Assembly (NCBI GenBank): GCA_963815115.1
Contig: CAWFFN010000008.1
Coordinates: 384,001-448,000 of the forward strand
DNA: 64,000 nucleotides
From: an uncultured delta proteobacterium
GTDB taxonomy: Bacteria; Desulfobacterota; Binatia; DP-6
Reading direction: 5' to 3'
A program made the translations under genes and the position numbers. The number at the start of each line of letters is the position of its first letter. Position 1 is the first letter of the stretch. Shown one piece after another: positions 29,948 to 39,983 of this stretch. The notes under the pieces are model-generated. The model was not told the DNA's origin, made no database searches, and was given only the letters and a program-made list of their open reading frames with translations.

Positions 29948-31570
29948 ATGACGCGATCGCCCTCGCTCGCCGAGGCACTCGTCCTCGTCACCCTCGTGGC
30001 CGCGCTCGTCCTCTGCTCGGGGCTGAACCGCTACCCGGTATGGGAGCCCGACGAGGCGCGCCACGCCGAGATCGGCCGCGAGATGCTCGCGGCGCCCGGC
30101 TGGGACGGCTGGGTGGTTCCCAGCCTCAACGGAGAGCCGTATCGCAACAAGCCGGCGCCCTTCTACTGGCTGGTCGGCGGCGCGTTCGCACTGCTCGGCG
30201 TGAACGAGCGCGCGGCGCGCCTAGTCTCCGCCATCGCGGGACTCGCGACCGTGCTCGCCGTGTCCTGGTGGGCGGCGGCACGATGGGGCACGCGCGTCGC
30301 GGTCGCCGCCGGCATCGTGCTGGTCACGGCGCTCGAGTTTGCGGTCCTGGGCCGGTTCGTGAGCCCGGACATGACGGTCACGCTGTGGACCACGCTCGGC
30401 GTCCTCGCGATGGAGCGCTTCGCGGAGCGGCCGGGCGCTTCGCTCGTTCCCGCCGCGATCGCGGCGGCGCTCGGGACGCTGTCGAAGGGTCTGGTCGCTC
30501 CGGTCGTCATCGGGAGCGTCGGGCTCGCGTATCTCGCCGCCCGGCACAGGCTCGGCCTCCTCACGCCGCGGCGCATCCTCGGCGCTGGCCTCACCTTCCT
30601 GGCGCTGGTGGCCCCATGGCACGTCGCGGCCGCGATGCTCGACCCGGGCTACCTGCACCAGCTCTACGTGGATCAGCACTGGCACCGCCTCGCCGGCGGC
30701 GGCCGCCGCCTGCACGCGCAATCCTTCCTCTTCTACGTCCCGGTGCTCCTCGCCGGCTTCTTCCCCTGGAGCGCGCTGCTGCCCGCCTCCCTGCTCGCGA
30801 CCCTGCGCCACGAGCGGCGAGGCGCCCCCGAGCTCCTGTGCGGCCTCTGGGCCGGCGTCGTGCTGCTCCTCTTCAGCCTCGCCCGGGGCAAGCTGGCCCC
30901 GTACATCCTCCCGGCCTTTCCGCCGCTGGCGCTGCTCACGGCCCGTCATCTGGAGCGCCTCGTGCGGGGCGGAGAGAGCGCGCGCGAACGGCACCTCACG
31001 CGCGCGGGGCTGTGGATCGCCGCCGGGGCGCTCGTGCTCTCGGTTCCCGCCGCCATCGGCATCGCCGTCAAGCTGTACGACGGCGTGCTCGTCCGGCCGA
31101 GCCTCGCGTCCCTCGTCGTCGTTCCGTTCGCGGCCGCCATCGTCCTGCTGCTGCGGCGCGGACGCATCCCGGAGGCGACGCTCGCCACGGCCGGCGCGAC
31201 GGCGAGCCTGCTCGTCCTGTTCTACACCTTCGGTGCGCCTCGCCTGGCGGACTTCTCGAGCCCGGTGCTCCTCGCCCGCACCGTCGCCGACACCCCGGGG
31301 CAGTCGGCCGCGCCGCTGGTCGCGTTTCACGTGCGCTCGCCCGCGATGAGCTTCTACGTCGGCCGGCCCGTGATGCTGATCGACCGGCCGCGTGCGCTGC
31401 GGGCGCTTCTCGCCGAGCACGAGCTCGTCTTCGTGGTCACGAGTCCCGAGCACGTGCCGCAGCTCCTCGCATCCGGCCCGTTCGTACCCTGGCAGATCGG
31501 CGCACGGCGCTCGCTGTACGCGTCGAGGCTGCCAGTAAACCTTGACTCGCTCGAGCACGCCGGGCGATAA
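29948..31570 (+). CDS. ArnT/PMT-family (GT-C) glycosyltransferase
   Basis: EPDEARHAEIGREM, KPAPFYW, SKG, multiple TM segments. Confidence 0.88.
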   Translation: MTRSPSLAEALVLVTLVAALVLCSGLNRYPVWEPDEARHAEIGREMLAAPGWDGWVVPSLNGEPYRNKPAPFYWLVGGAFALLGVNERAARLVSAIAGLATVLAVSWWAAARWGTRVAVAAGIVLVTALEFAVLGRFVSPDMTVTLWTTLGVLAMERFAERPGASLVPAAIAAALGTLSKGLVAPVVIGSVGLAYLAARHRLGLLTPRRILGAGLTFLALVAPWHVAAAMLDPGYLHQLYVDQHWHRLAGGGRRLHAQSFLFYVPVLLAGFFPWSALLPASLLATLRHERRGAPELLCGLWAGVVLLLFSLARGKLAPYILPAFPPLALLTARHLERLVRGGESARERHLTRAGLWIAAGALVLSVPAAIGIAVKLYDGVLVRPSLASLVVVPFAAAIVLLLRRGRIPEATLATAGATASLLVLFYTFGAPRLADFSSPVLLARTVADTPGQSAAPLVAFHVRSPAMSFYVGRPVMLIDRPRALRALLAEHELVFVVTSPEHVPQLLASGPFVPWQIGARRSLYASRLPVNLDSLEHAGR

Positions 31571-31579
31571 CGCGCGCGG

Positions 31580-32608
31580 ATGCTCCGCTTGCGCTTTCCG
31601 CCGCGCGCGTCGCGGCCGTCTGCGCCGGCGCTGCCGCCCGAGCTGCGCTGGGATGCCGCGCCGGAGACCGTCGCGCTGCTGCTCAGCAGGCGACAGTTCC
31701 TGCGCGCCGCGGCCGTCGTGCTCGGCGTGCTCGCGCTGCCGTACGGTCGGGCGGAACGCGCCTGGGCGCGCGCCAAGGGACGGTTCTTCACGCGCAGCGA
31801 GCGCGCGACGCTCGACGCGCTGTGCGACCGTATCCTGCCGCCCGACGACACGCCGGGCGCCGCAGCGCTCGGTGCCGGACGATACATCGAGATGATGCTC
31901 ACGGCGTTCGACCACGGCACGCCACGCATCTACGCCGGCGGTCCGTTCAGCGGACGGACGCCGTTCCCGAACAACAAGAAGGGTACGCCGTCCAAGCGCC
32001 GGCCGCCGAACTCCTTCCGACGCTTCGTGCGCCCGACCCGCGTCCAGGAGCTGGCCTGGCGCGCGGAGATCCTGGGCACGGCGGCGGTCCCCGGGCTGGC
32101 CGCGTTCGATGCCCAGTTCGGCCCGCCGAAGACGGGGCTGCGCGACGTCTACCGCCAGGGGCTCGCCAAGGTCGACCAGGTCGCCCAGACCGCCGCGGGA
32201 GCGCCGTTCGCCGCGCTCGACCCCGGCAAGCAGGACGCCGTGCTCGCCATGCTCGACGGCGGGGCCTTCATGCCCGATCCGCGGCGTGGCGGTCTCACCT
32301 TCGTCGATCTCCTGATCCAGCACACGCTGGAGGGGTGCTTCTCGGCCCCGGAGTACGGTGGCAACCGCCGCCGGCAGGGGTGGGCAATGCTCGGCCTCGA
32401 GGGCGACGATCAGCCCCTCGGCTACTCCATCTTCTCGCTCGCGACCGGCAGCTACGTCGAGCGTCCGGACCATCCCATGTCGACCCCGAACCCCGACGAG
32501 CTGGCGCCCGACGGCAGCGTCGCTCCGCGCCCCCTCACCGCCGACGGCCGGTTCATCCAGAACTCCATCCTCTCCACGGCCGGGCTGTTCGCGAACGGCG
32601 CCTGCTGA
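31580..32608 (+). CDS. Tat-exported gluconate 2-dehydrogenase subunit-3-like protein
   Basis: SRRQFL Tat motif, LCDRILP, PEYGGN..GW. Confidence 0.8.
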   Translation: MLRLRFPPRASRPSAPALPPELRWDAAPETVALLLSRRQFLRAAAVVLGVLALPYGRAERAWARAKGRFFTRSERATLDALCDRILPPDDTPGAAALGAGRYIEMMLTAFDHGTPRIYAGGPFSGRTPFPNNKKGTPSKRRPPNSFRRFVRPTRVQELAWRAEILGTAAVPGLAAFDAQFGPPKTGLRDVYRQGLAKVDQVAQTAAGAPFAALDPGKQDAVLAMLDGGAFMPDPRRGGLTFVDLLIQHTLEGCFSAPEYGGNRRRQGWAMLGLEGDDQPLGYSIFSLATGSYVERPDHPMSTPNPDELAPDGSVAPRPLTADGRFIQNSILSTAGLFANGAC

Positions 32609-32609
32609 C

Positions 32610-34433
32610 ATGAAGCGTCGCAAGGCGGACGATCGGGTCCTCGGCGCGCGCGGTCTGTCGCGCTTCGACTTCTGCATCATCGGCAGCGGCGCCGGCGGCT
32701 CCACCGCGGCGCACGTCCTGACCGCCGCCGGCAAGAGCGTCCTGATCCTCGAAGCCGGCCCGAACGCCTATCCCGGCCTCGATCACCCGAAGAAGCTGGC
32801 GCTCCCCCTGCACTCGAACGACGAGCTCAAGTACTCGGTGCGCGGCTTCATCGATCAGCAGGGCGATCTGGAGCCGCGCACCTTCCGCCAGCGGGCAACC
32901 GACGCCGCGACCGTGCGCGCCAGCGTGAACGCGCTCCCCAAGGCGGTCGGGGGCGCCTTCCAGCACGCCGACTGCAAGACGCCGCGGTTCAACGCCGTCG
33001 ACTTCCGGCTGAAGAGCACCATGGAGACGTTGATCGCCGCCACGCCAGGGCTCTCCGTGCCCGGCTTCGGCGCCGATGCGGGCAGCGCCAACTTCGCCGA
33101 CTGGCCGTTCGCGTACGACGACCTCGAGCCGTTCTACAGCGAGGTCGAGCGGCTCTACGGCGTGCAGGGCGACCCGACCGACAATCCGTTCGCGTCGCCG
33201 CGCAGCCGGCCGTATCCGATGCCGCCCGGCGTGCCGATGTACTTCGCGCTCCGCCTGGCGGACGGCGCACGCGCCACGAGCTTCGTCGGCGGCCCGCTCC
33301 ATCCCCACACCTATCCCGCGGCGATCGCCTCGCGCTTCACCGACGATGGACGCCCGCCGTGCGTCGACTGCGGGCTGTGCAGCGGCTTCGGGTGTCCGAA
33401 CAACTCGAAGGGCGCACCGCCGGTGACGACCTTGCGGCGGGCGCTCCTCTCGGGCCGGTGCCAGCTGCGCTACGAGGCGCAGGTGATCCGGCTGGTGAGC
33501 TCGGGGCGGACGGTCACCGGCGTGCAGTACGTCGACGCCGATGGCGCACCGCAGACCGCCACGGCCAGCGCCTTCATCCTCGCCGCCAGCCCGATCGAAT
33601 CGGCGCGCCTGTGCCTGCTCTCCGGCAACCTCGGCAACTCGAGTGGCCAGGTCGGGCGGAACCTCATGTTCCACTTCCAGACCAACGTGAACGGCTTCCT
33701 GCCGGAGCGCGTGCACGGCCAGCGCGGCCGCGCGGTCACCCACGGCATCTCGGACTTCCGCGGCGTCGAGCCCGGCGGCGCGGCCATCCGCGTGGTGCGG
33801 GACGCCGACGGCCCGCACGTCTACATGGGCGGCATCTGCGAGTTCAGCGCGTCGCAGGGACTGCCCATCACCGAGGACGGCGAGGTCTACGCCATCCAGC
33901 TCCCGCCCGGCCTCGGCCGCCGCTCCGGCACCGGGCTCAAGAACGCGCTCCGCGACGGCGCTCTCGGCCAGCATCTCTTCGGCCTCACCATGCAGGCCGA
34001 GGACGCCCCGCAGCTCGGCAACATGGTCGACCTCGATCCCGCCATCCGCGACTTCTTCGGCCAGCCCGTCCCGCGCGTGACGTACGCGCAGCACGCGTAC
34101 GAGAAGAGCTCCCGCATCTTCTACGTGCCGTTCCTGCGCCAGGTGGTCCTGAACGCCGGCGCCACCGCCGCCTCCGCGTTCGTCAACCCGTGCGACGCGA
34201 CGTTCGGCGATCCGCCCTCCAGCGCGCACGTGATGGGGACGCTGCGCATGGGCAGCGACGCGGCGACCTCCGTGGTGAACGCCGGGGGACGCTTCCACGA
34301 CGTCGACAACCTCTTCGCCTGCGACGGCAGCGTGTTCCCGACCGCCTCGGGATACAATCCGACCCTCACCATCTTCGCCGTGGCCGCGAAGATCGCACAC
34401 GGCGTCGCCGGCACCTCGCCCGCCGTCGGCTGA
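32610..34433 (+). CDS. GMC-family flavin oxidoreductase
   Basis: IIGSGAGG, CVDCGLCSGFGC, HVMGTLRMG, NPTLT. Confidence 0.9.
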   Translation: MKRRKADDRVLGARGLSRFDFCIIGSGAGGSTAAHVLTAAGKSVLILEAGPNAYPGLDHPKKLALPLHSNDELKYSVRGFIDQQGDLEPRTFRQRATDAATVRASVNALPKAVGGAFQHADCKTPRFNAVDFRLKSTMETLIAATPGLSVPGFGADAGSANFADWPFAYDDLEPFYSEVERLYGVQGDPTDNPFASPRSRPYPMPPGVPMYFALRLADGARATSFVGGPLHPHTYPAAIASRFTDDGRPPCVDCGLCSGFGCPNNSKGAPPVTTLRRALLSGRCQLRYEAQVIRLVSSGRTVTGVQYVDADGAPQTATASAFILAASPIESARLCLLSGNLGNSSGQVGRNLMFHFQTNVNGFLPERVHGQRGRAVTHGISDFRGVEPGGAAIRVVRDADGPHVYMGGICEFSASQGLPITEDGEVYAIQLPPGLGRRSGTGLKNALRDGALGQHLFGLTMQAEDAPQLGNMVDLDPAIRDFFGQPVPRVTYAQHAYEKSSRIFYVPFLRQVVLNAGATAASAFVNPCDATFGDPPSSAHVMGTLRMGSDAATSVVNAGGRFHDVDNLFACDGSVFPTASGYNPTLTIFAVAAKIAHGVAGTSPAVG

Positions 34434-34467
34434 TCCGGACCGGTTGGGCTGGGCTGACCCCCCAGCT

Positions 34468-36480
34468 ATGATGCCAGCCGTGGAAGCGGCCTTCCTCGAC
34501 GTACGCCGGCATGGCTTCGCGCGCGTCGCGGTGTGCGTGCCCGAGGTGCGTGTCGCCGATCCGGCGTTCAACGCGGAGGCCCACGTGCGCGCCCTGGCCG
34601 GCCTCCACGACGCGGGCGCCCAGTATGCCGTGTGTCCGGAGCTGGGCGTGTCGGCGTACTCCTGCGGCGATCTCTTCTTCCAGGAGCCCCTGCTGCGCGG
34701 CGTGCTGGACGGGCTCGAGCACCTGGCGCGCGCGACGGCGGGATGGGATCTCCTGATCTCGGTCGGCGCTCCGCTGCTCGTCGACGGCAGCCTCTACAAC
34801 TGCGCAGTCACGCTGCACGGCGGGCGGGTCGTCGCCGTGGCGGCCAAGGCGTACCCGCCCGGCTACCGCGAGTTCTACGAGCCTCGCTGGTTCCAGCCCG
34901 CGGCCGCGGCACGCTCGGACGCCATCGAGCTGCTCGGGCGCCGGGTTCCGTTCGGGACCGACGTCCTGATCACCCTGCCCCACGTGGACGGCTTCGCGCT
35001 CCACACCGAGGTGTGCGAGGACCTCTGGACGCCGGTGCCGCCGAGCGCCCTCGCCGCGCTCTCCGGCGCCACCGTGCTCGCGAACCTGTCGGCCTCGAAC
35101 GTCACGGTCGGCAAGTGGGAGTACCGCCGTGACCTCGTCCGCATGTCGGCGGCGAAGAATCTCGCCGTCCAGCTCTACAGCGCCGCGGGATTCGGCGAGT
35201 CGAGCGCCGACCTGGCCTGGGACGGACACGGGCTGGTGGCCGACCGCGGCGAGCTGGTGGCGGAGACGGAGCGCTTCGCGCTGGCGGGCTCCACGGCGCT
35301 GGCCGACGTCGACCTGGCGGCGCTGCTGGCCGACCGCATGCGGCAGAACTCCTTCGGGCAGAATGCCGCGCAGCACGGGCGTTCCCTGCGGCGCGTGGTC
35401 CTCGAGCCCGTGGCCGATCGGCGCGGCGCGGCCGTCTATCACTCGCTGCGCCGCCACGTCGACCCGCTCCCGTTCGTGCCCGCCGATCCCGCCCGGCGCG
35501 ACCATCGCTGCCGCGAGATCTTCCTCATCAAGGCGACGGCGCTGGCCCAGCGCCTGCGCACGCTGCCGGCGGACGGACGCCGCGTCGTGCTCGGCGTCTC
35601 GGGGGGACGGGATTCGACCCAGGCGTTGCTGGTCGCGGTGCACGCCATGGACCTCCTCGGCCTGCCGCGCGGCGACGTGATCGGGGTCACCATGCCGGGG
35701 CTGGGGACGTCGACGCGGACGTACACCAACGCGTGCGCGCTGGTCCGAGCGCTCGGCGCGACGCTGCGCGAGATCGGCATCCGCGAGCTGTCCCACTCCA
35801 TGTTCGCCGCCATCGACCACGACGACAGCGTCGAGGACGTCACCTTCGAGAACGTCCAGGCCTGGACCAGGAAGATGATCCTCTTCTCGGTCGCGTCCCA
35901 GGTGCGGGGGATCGACCTCGGCACCGGCGACCTGTCCGAGCTGGCGCTCGGCTTTGCCACCTACGGCGGCGATCACATGTCGCACTACTCGGCCAACGCC
36001 GGGGTGCCGAAGACGCTCGTGTCCGAGCTCATCCGCTGGGCCGCGGACGCCGTCTTCCGCGACGAGCCGGCCGTCGCGGCGGCGCTCCGCGAGGTGCTCG
36101 ACACGCCGATCAGCCCCGAGCTGCTGCGACCGGGCCCGGCCGGCGAGATCCGCCAGCGCTCCGAGGACCTCGTCGGCCCCTACGAGCTGCACGACTTCTT
36201 CCTCTACCACCTGCTGCGCTTCGGCTTCGGCCCCCGGCGGATCGCCCGCCTCGCGCTGGCGGCCTTCGACGGCCGTTACTCGATCGGCGACATCCGGCGC
36301 TGGCTGCTCGTCTTCCTGCGCCGCTTCTTCGCCAACCAGTTCAAGCGCGACTGCGTTCCCGACGCACCGAAGGTGGGCTCCGGAGGGTCGCTCTCGCCGC
36401 GCGGCGACTGGCGCATGCCGGCGGACGCTTCGCCCGCCGCGTGGCTGGCGGAGGCCGAAGCAGTCCCGGAGGCTCTCTAG
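34468..36480 (+). CDS. nadE: Glutamine-dependent NAD+ synthetase
   Basis: Nitrilase domain (PEL, YREFYE, CEDLW) plus GVSGGRDST, GTGDLSE, SLSPRGDWRMP. Confidence 0.95.
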   Translation: MMPAVEAAFLDVRRHGFARVAVCVPEVRVADPAFNAEAHVRALAGLHDAGAQYAVCPELGVSAYSCGDLFFQEPLLRGVLDGLEHLARATAGWDLLISVGAPLLVDGSLYNCAVTLHGGRVVAVAAKAYPPGYREFYEPRWFQPAAAARSDAIELLGRRVPFGTDVLITLPHVDGFALHTEVCEDLWTPVPPSALAALSGATVLANLSASNVTVGKWEYRRDLVRMSAAKNLAVQLYSAAGFGESSADLAWDGHGLVADRGELVAETERFALAGSTALADVDLAALLADRMRQNSFGQNAAQHGRSLRRVVLEPVADRRGAAVYHSLRRHVDPLPFVPADPARRDHRCREIFLIKATALAQRLRTLPADGRRVVLGVSGGRDSTQALLVAVHAMDLLGLPRGDVIGVTMPGLGTSTRTYTNACALVRALGATLREIGIRELSHSMFAAIDHDDSVEDVTFENVQAWTRKMILFSVASQVRGIDLGTGDLSELALGFATYGGDHMSHYSANAGVPKTLVSELIRWAADAVFRDEPAVAAALREVLDTPISPELLRPGPAGEIRQRSEDLVGPYELHDFFLYHLLRFGFGPRRIARLALAAFDGRYSIGDIRRWLLVFLRRFFANQFKRDCVPDAPKVGSGGSLSPRGDWRMPADASPAAWLAEAEAVPEAL

Positions 36481-36495
36481 CGCCGCCGGCGGCGC

Positions 36496-38034
36496 TCATC
36501 GATCCGCGTTCGGCCCGGCGTCGTTGCGCACGCACAGGCCGTCCGCCTCGCAGCGGTACTGGCGCTCGATGTAGGCGGCGATCGGGTCGTTCGCCACGCT
36601 GGGCGGCCGGAGCAGGAAGAAGGCGTAGCGCGGGCGCCGGCGCTCCAGAGCCTCGATGACGCCTCGTTGCTCCTCGTCGCTCTGATAGCCCGGGAAGATG
36701 AGGTCGTGCCGGGTCGGGTTGTTCGCGCCGGCCAGGAGATAGAGCCAGCCGCCCACCGGGTAGACGAAGAGCTCGCGTCCGGGCGTGTCGTCCAGCACTC
36801 GTCGCACCCGGTCGACCGCGGCGACCTCCTTGTCCGACGCCAGATCGACCCGTCCGAACGCCGTGTCGTGCGAGAAGCGGAAGTCGGCGCGGGCCCGGCT
36901 CCAGTTGCGATGGAGCTGGAGGCCACACGCTACCGCGAGGACGGCCGCGACCGCCCCGCCCGTCCAGACCGCTCGCGGGGCAACCGCGCGCAGCAGCGAT
37001 TGGAGGATCTCCGCGGCGAGCACCAGCGCCACGGGCATGATGAAGGCGATGTGGATGTAGTCCGGTAAGTAGAGGATCGACACGGGCGAGACGACCCCGA
37101 AGACGAGCAGCACGAGCAACGTCTCGCCCCACTCCCGGTCATCGCCTCGGGCCCAGGCCACGATCGTCTGCGCCGCCACGACGGGGACGACGACGAGCGG
37201 GAGGTAGACGAGCAGCGGAAGGATGGTGAAGCGCGCGCTCAGGGCGAAGAAGCCGGTGCCCCACCCAGCGTGATTCACTTCCCGATAGCCGGTCAACGGG
37301 TGGACCACGAGCTGCCGGAAGACGGGCTCGATGCCAGCCTGCGCGAGGTGCACGCCGAGCAGCAGCAGGACGATCCCGGACGCGGTCGCGGCCAGGACGG
37401 CGAGCCGGCCGATCGCCGACGGGCCACCCTGCGCGCCCCAGCGACGATCGGCGAGCGCATCGGCGACGACGAGTGCCGTCAGGGCCGCCGCCATGGTGGC
37501 CCCGGTCGGCTGGCGGTCGAGGAACACGAGCCCGAGCAGCACGCCCTGCATCACCAGCCAGCCACGCCGGCGCGCGCGGCGCCGGTCGAGGGCGAGCAGG
37601 AAGAGCGCCATCACCAGGAGCGTGCCGAGCCAGTGCGGCGTCGCGTACGGCCAGACCGGCAGCGCGATTGCCGGGTGGAGGAGCGCCACCGCGGCCGCGA
37701 GGCTCCGCCCGACGCCGACCGCCCGGCAGCAGAGGTACACGAGCACCACGATGCCCGCCTGGACCACGGCGGCGGCGACGCGCGCCGTCGCCATCCCGGG
37801 CCCGAAGATCCGGAAGAGCAGCGCCATCCCGTCGATGTAGAGCGGGGTGATCAGCTCGGAGACGTCCCGGTAGAGCACCTCGCCGCGCAGCACGCGCACC
37901 GCGTGGTAGAGGTAGTACGCCTCGTCGGAGGCTCCCAGCACCCAGGGCATGACGAGCACGTAGGCGATCGTGCCCGCGGCGAGGAGAAGGCACGCCGCGG
38001 CGTCGCGGCGGTCGAGCGCGCCGTCCCTCGTCAC
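36496..38034 (-). CDS. Multi-pass membrane protein, GT-C-like glycosyltransferase
   Basis: DEAYYL..GEVLYRD, WPYATPHW; paralog of 52855-54384. Confidence 0.7.
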   Translation of the reverse strand: MTRDGALDRRDAAACLLLAAGTIAYVLVMPWVLGASDEAYYLYHAVRVLRGEVLYRDVSELITPLYIDGMALLFRIFGPGMATARVAAAVVQAGIVVLVYLCCRAVGVGRSLAAAVALLHPAIALPVWPYATPHWLGTLLVMALFLLALDRRRARRRGWLVMQGVLLGLVFLDRQPTGATMAAALTALVVADALADRRWGAQGGPSAIGRLAVLAATASGIVLLLLGVHLAQAGIEPVFRQLVVHPLTGYREVNHAGWGTGFFALSARFTILPLLVYLPLVVVPVVAAQTIVAWARGDDREWGETLLVLLVFGVVSPVSILYLPDYIHIAFIMPVALVLAAEILQSLLRAVAPRAVWTGGAVAAVLAVACGLQLHRNWSRARADFRFSHDTAFGRVDLASDKEVAAVDRVRRVLDDTPGRELFVYPVGGWLYLLAGANNPTRHDLIFPGYQSDEEQRGVIEALERRRPRYAFFLLRPPSVANDPIAAYIERQYRCEADGLCVRNDAGPNADR

Positions 38035-38152
38035 GGCACGCCAACGCCTGCCGCGGCGGCTTCGCCGCCCGCGGCACGCCGTCCGCACGGTGCATCACGT
38101 CTCATGCTCGCTCTCCGTCCCGACCCGAGACGGGGTCTCGGGTCGCGCCCTC

Positions 38153-38458
38153 CTAGCCAGAGCACACGAGGTAGACGATCGTGTAGGGCACACGCGACGT
38201 GTCGTGCCGGACGTCGGAGCGGAAGCGGCGCGCGGCCAGCACCCGGTACGCCTGCTCGGTCCGGACGTCGGCTCCGCGGTCCCGGGCCAGGAGATAGCGC
38301 GCCATGCGCGACTGTCCCGCGGCGTAGCAGCCGTCGGCGGCGATCAGGCGGCCGCCGGGGGCGAGGGCGGTGCGCGGTGCGCGCCAGCACGAAGCACTCG
38401 TCCGCCGGGCAGCTCGAGGATGCGGCGGGGGTCGGCACGCGAGGCCGGCCGCACTCAT
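38153..38458 (-). pseudogene. Degenerate class I SAM methyltransferase
   Basis: Only C-terminal LAPGGRLIAADGCY..RDRG..RVPYT retained; SAM-binding motif I absent. Confidence 0.6.
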
Positions 38459-39279
38459 TCCCCCGGCTTGCGGCCGATGGCGCTCCAGCTGTAGCCGCGG
38501 CGGTGATGCAGGCGGACGTCGGCGAACCCGCTCGCGACGAGGAGCTGCTCGGCCTCCGCACGGGAGTGGTAGCGGGCGTGGGTGGGGTTGAGCTGATCGT
38601 AGATCACGAGGCGACGCTTCTCGGGCGTGAAGCGCGCGAGCACGTTGGTGAGATAGTCGCGCAGCGGAAGCGGGAGGACGCGGCAGAGACGCATGTAGAT
38701 CGCGAGCGGCACGTCGAGCACGCGTACCAGCGCCGCCAGCGCGGCGTGCGGGACGACCCGTCCGACTCCCCGCAGGGTTGCGAGGAGGGCGCGGTAGACG
38801 GCCGTGCCCTCCCGGGCATAGAGCCACACGAAGAACCGGCCGCCCGGGGCGAGGGCCGCGAAGGCGGCATCGACCACGGGCTTCGGATCCGGGATGAACT
38901 GCAGGACCCCGACCGAGACGATGATGTCGAGGGGAGGCTCGGGAGGGAGCTCCGCCCCGCGCGCGTGCAGGAACGACACGCGATCGCCGTAGCGCGCGAG
39001 GTTGCGCTGCGCGACGAAGTGACCGTCCGACGGCTCGACCGCGAGCACGTGCGCCGCGCCGCACTCGAGCATCATGGCGACGATGCGCCCCGCGCCGCTG
39101 CCGATCTCCGCCACGCGCCGGCCGGCGAAGTCGGCCGGGGTGAGCAGCGGCGCCACGATGTCGGCGAACAGCTCCGGCGAGCCGTAGAACCCGTCGCTGT
39201 CGCCATAGTGCGTCCACTGCTCGCCGAAATCCCGGATCGTGCGCTCTTCGAGCGCTCTCGTGGAGCCGGTGGCCACCAT
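38455..39279 (-). CDS. Class I SAM-dependent methyltransferase
   Basis: DFGEQW, EIGSGAGR, LAPGG. Confidence 0.88.
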   Translation of the reverse strand: MVATGSTRALEERTIRDFGEQWTHYGDSDGFYGSPELFADIVAPLLTPADFAGRRVAEIGSGAGRIVAMMLECGAAHVLAVEPSDGHFVAQRNLARYGDRVSFLHARGAELPPEPPLDIIVSVGVLQFIPDPKPVVDAAFAALAPGGRFFVWLYAREGTAVYRALLATLRGVGRVVPHAALAALVRVLDVPLAIYMRLCRVLPLPLRDYLTNVLARFTPEKRRLVIYDQLNPTHARYHSRAEAEQLLVASGFADVRLHHRRGYSWSAIGRKPGE

Positions 39280-39983
39280 CAGCGTGCTCTGGTGCCGACC
39301 GTCACGTACTGCCCCCCGACCGGGAGCCGACCCAGGAGGCGCTCGAGCCGCCACAGCGGGCGGAGGCTCGGTGGGAAGAAGAGGATGTACTCGGTGCGAC
39401 ACGCGACGGCGCCCGCCTGGCGCAGCAGCCGGGCGCATTCCGCCGACTGGAGCAGCACCGCGTTGGCGTCGATGGGAGTGCGCGCGACCATCCAGCGGGT
39501 GATCGGGTTCCGCGGGTTGTGCTCGAAGAGCACCACGGCGCCACCCGGACGGACGACGCGCATCATCTCGCGCACGTTGCCCAGCCGCTCGGCCGGTGCG
39601 ACGTGATGCAGGACGCAGACGGCGGTCGCCAGATCGAACTCGCCGTCGGCGAACGGCAGCGACCCCGGACCCACGGCATGCAGCGCCGGGGGCGTCCCGG
39701 CGTCCCATCGCCGGCGCGCCTCCTCGAGCATCCCGCTCGCCACGTCGCAGCCGACGAGCTCGAGGGGGGCGCCAAGCCGCCGGAGCGCGCGCAGGAAGCC
39801 GGCGGTGCCGCAGCCGAAGTCGAGCAGCCTCCCGGCGACGGCGACGTTGCGCAGCAGCCACGCGGCCTTGTGCTCCAGGAAGGTGTCGGCGCTCCCGCCG
39901 ACGATCCGCTTCACCGGATCGCTCATGCCGGCATCGTAGCCGGGCGCGAAGGCGTCGAACTCAGCGGGACGATGCGTGGGCAT
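39279..39983 (-). CDS. Class I SAM-dependent methyltransferase
   Basis: LDFGCGT, VLHHV, FEHNPRNP. Confidence 0.88.
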   Translation of the reverse strand: MPTHRPAEFDAFAPGYDAGMSDPVKRIVGGSADTFLEHKAAWLLRNVAVAGRLLDFGCGTAGFLRALRRLGAPLELVGCDVASGMLEEARRRWDAGTPPALHAVGPGSLPFADGEFDLATAVCVLHHVAPAERLGNVREMMRVVRPGGAVVLFEHNPRNPITRWMVARTPIDANAVLLQSAECARLLRQAGAVACRTEYILFFPPSLRPLWRLERLLGRLPVGGQYVTVGTRAR

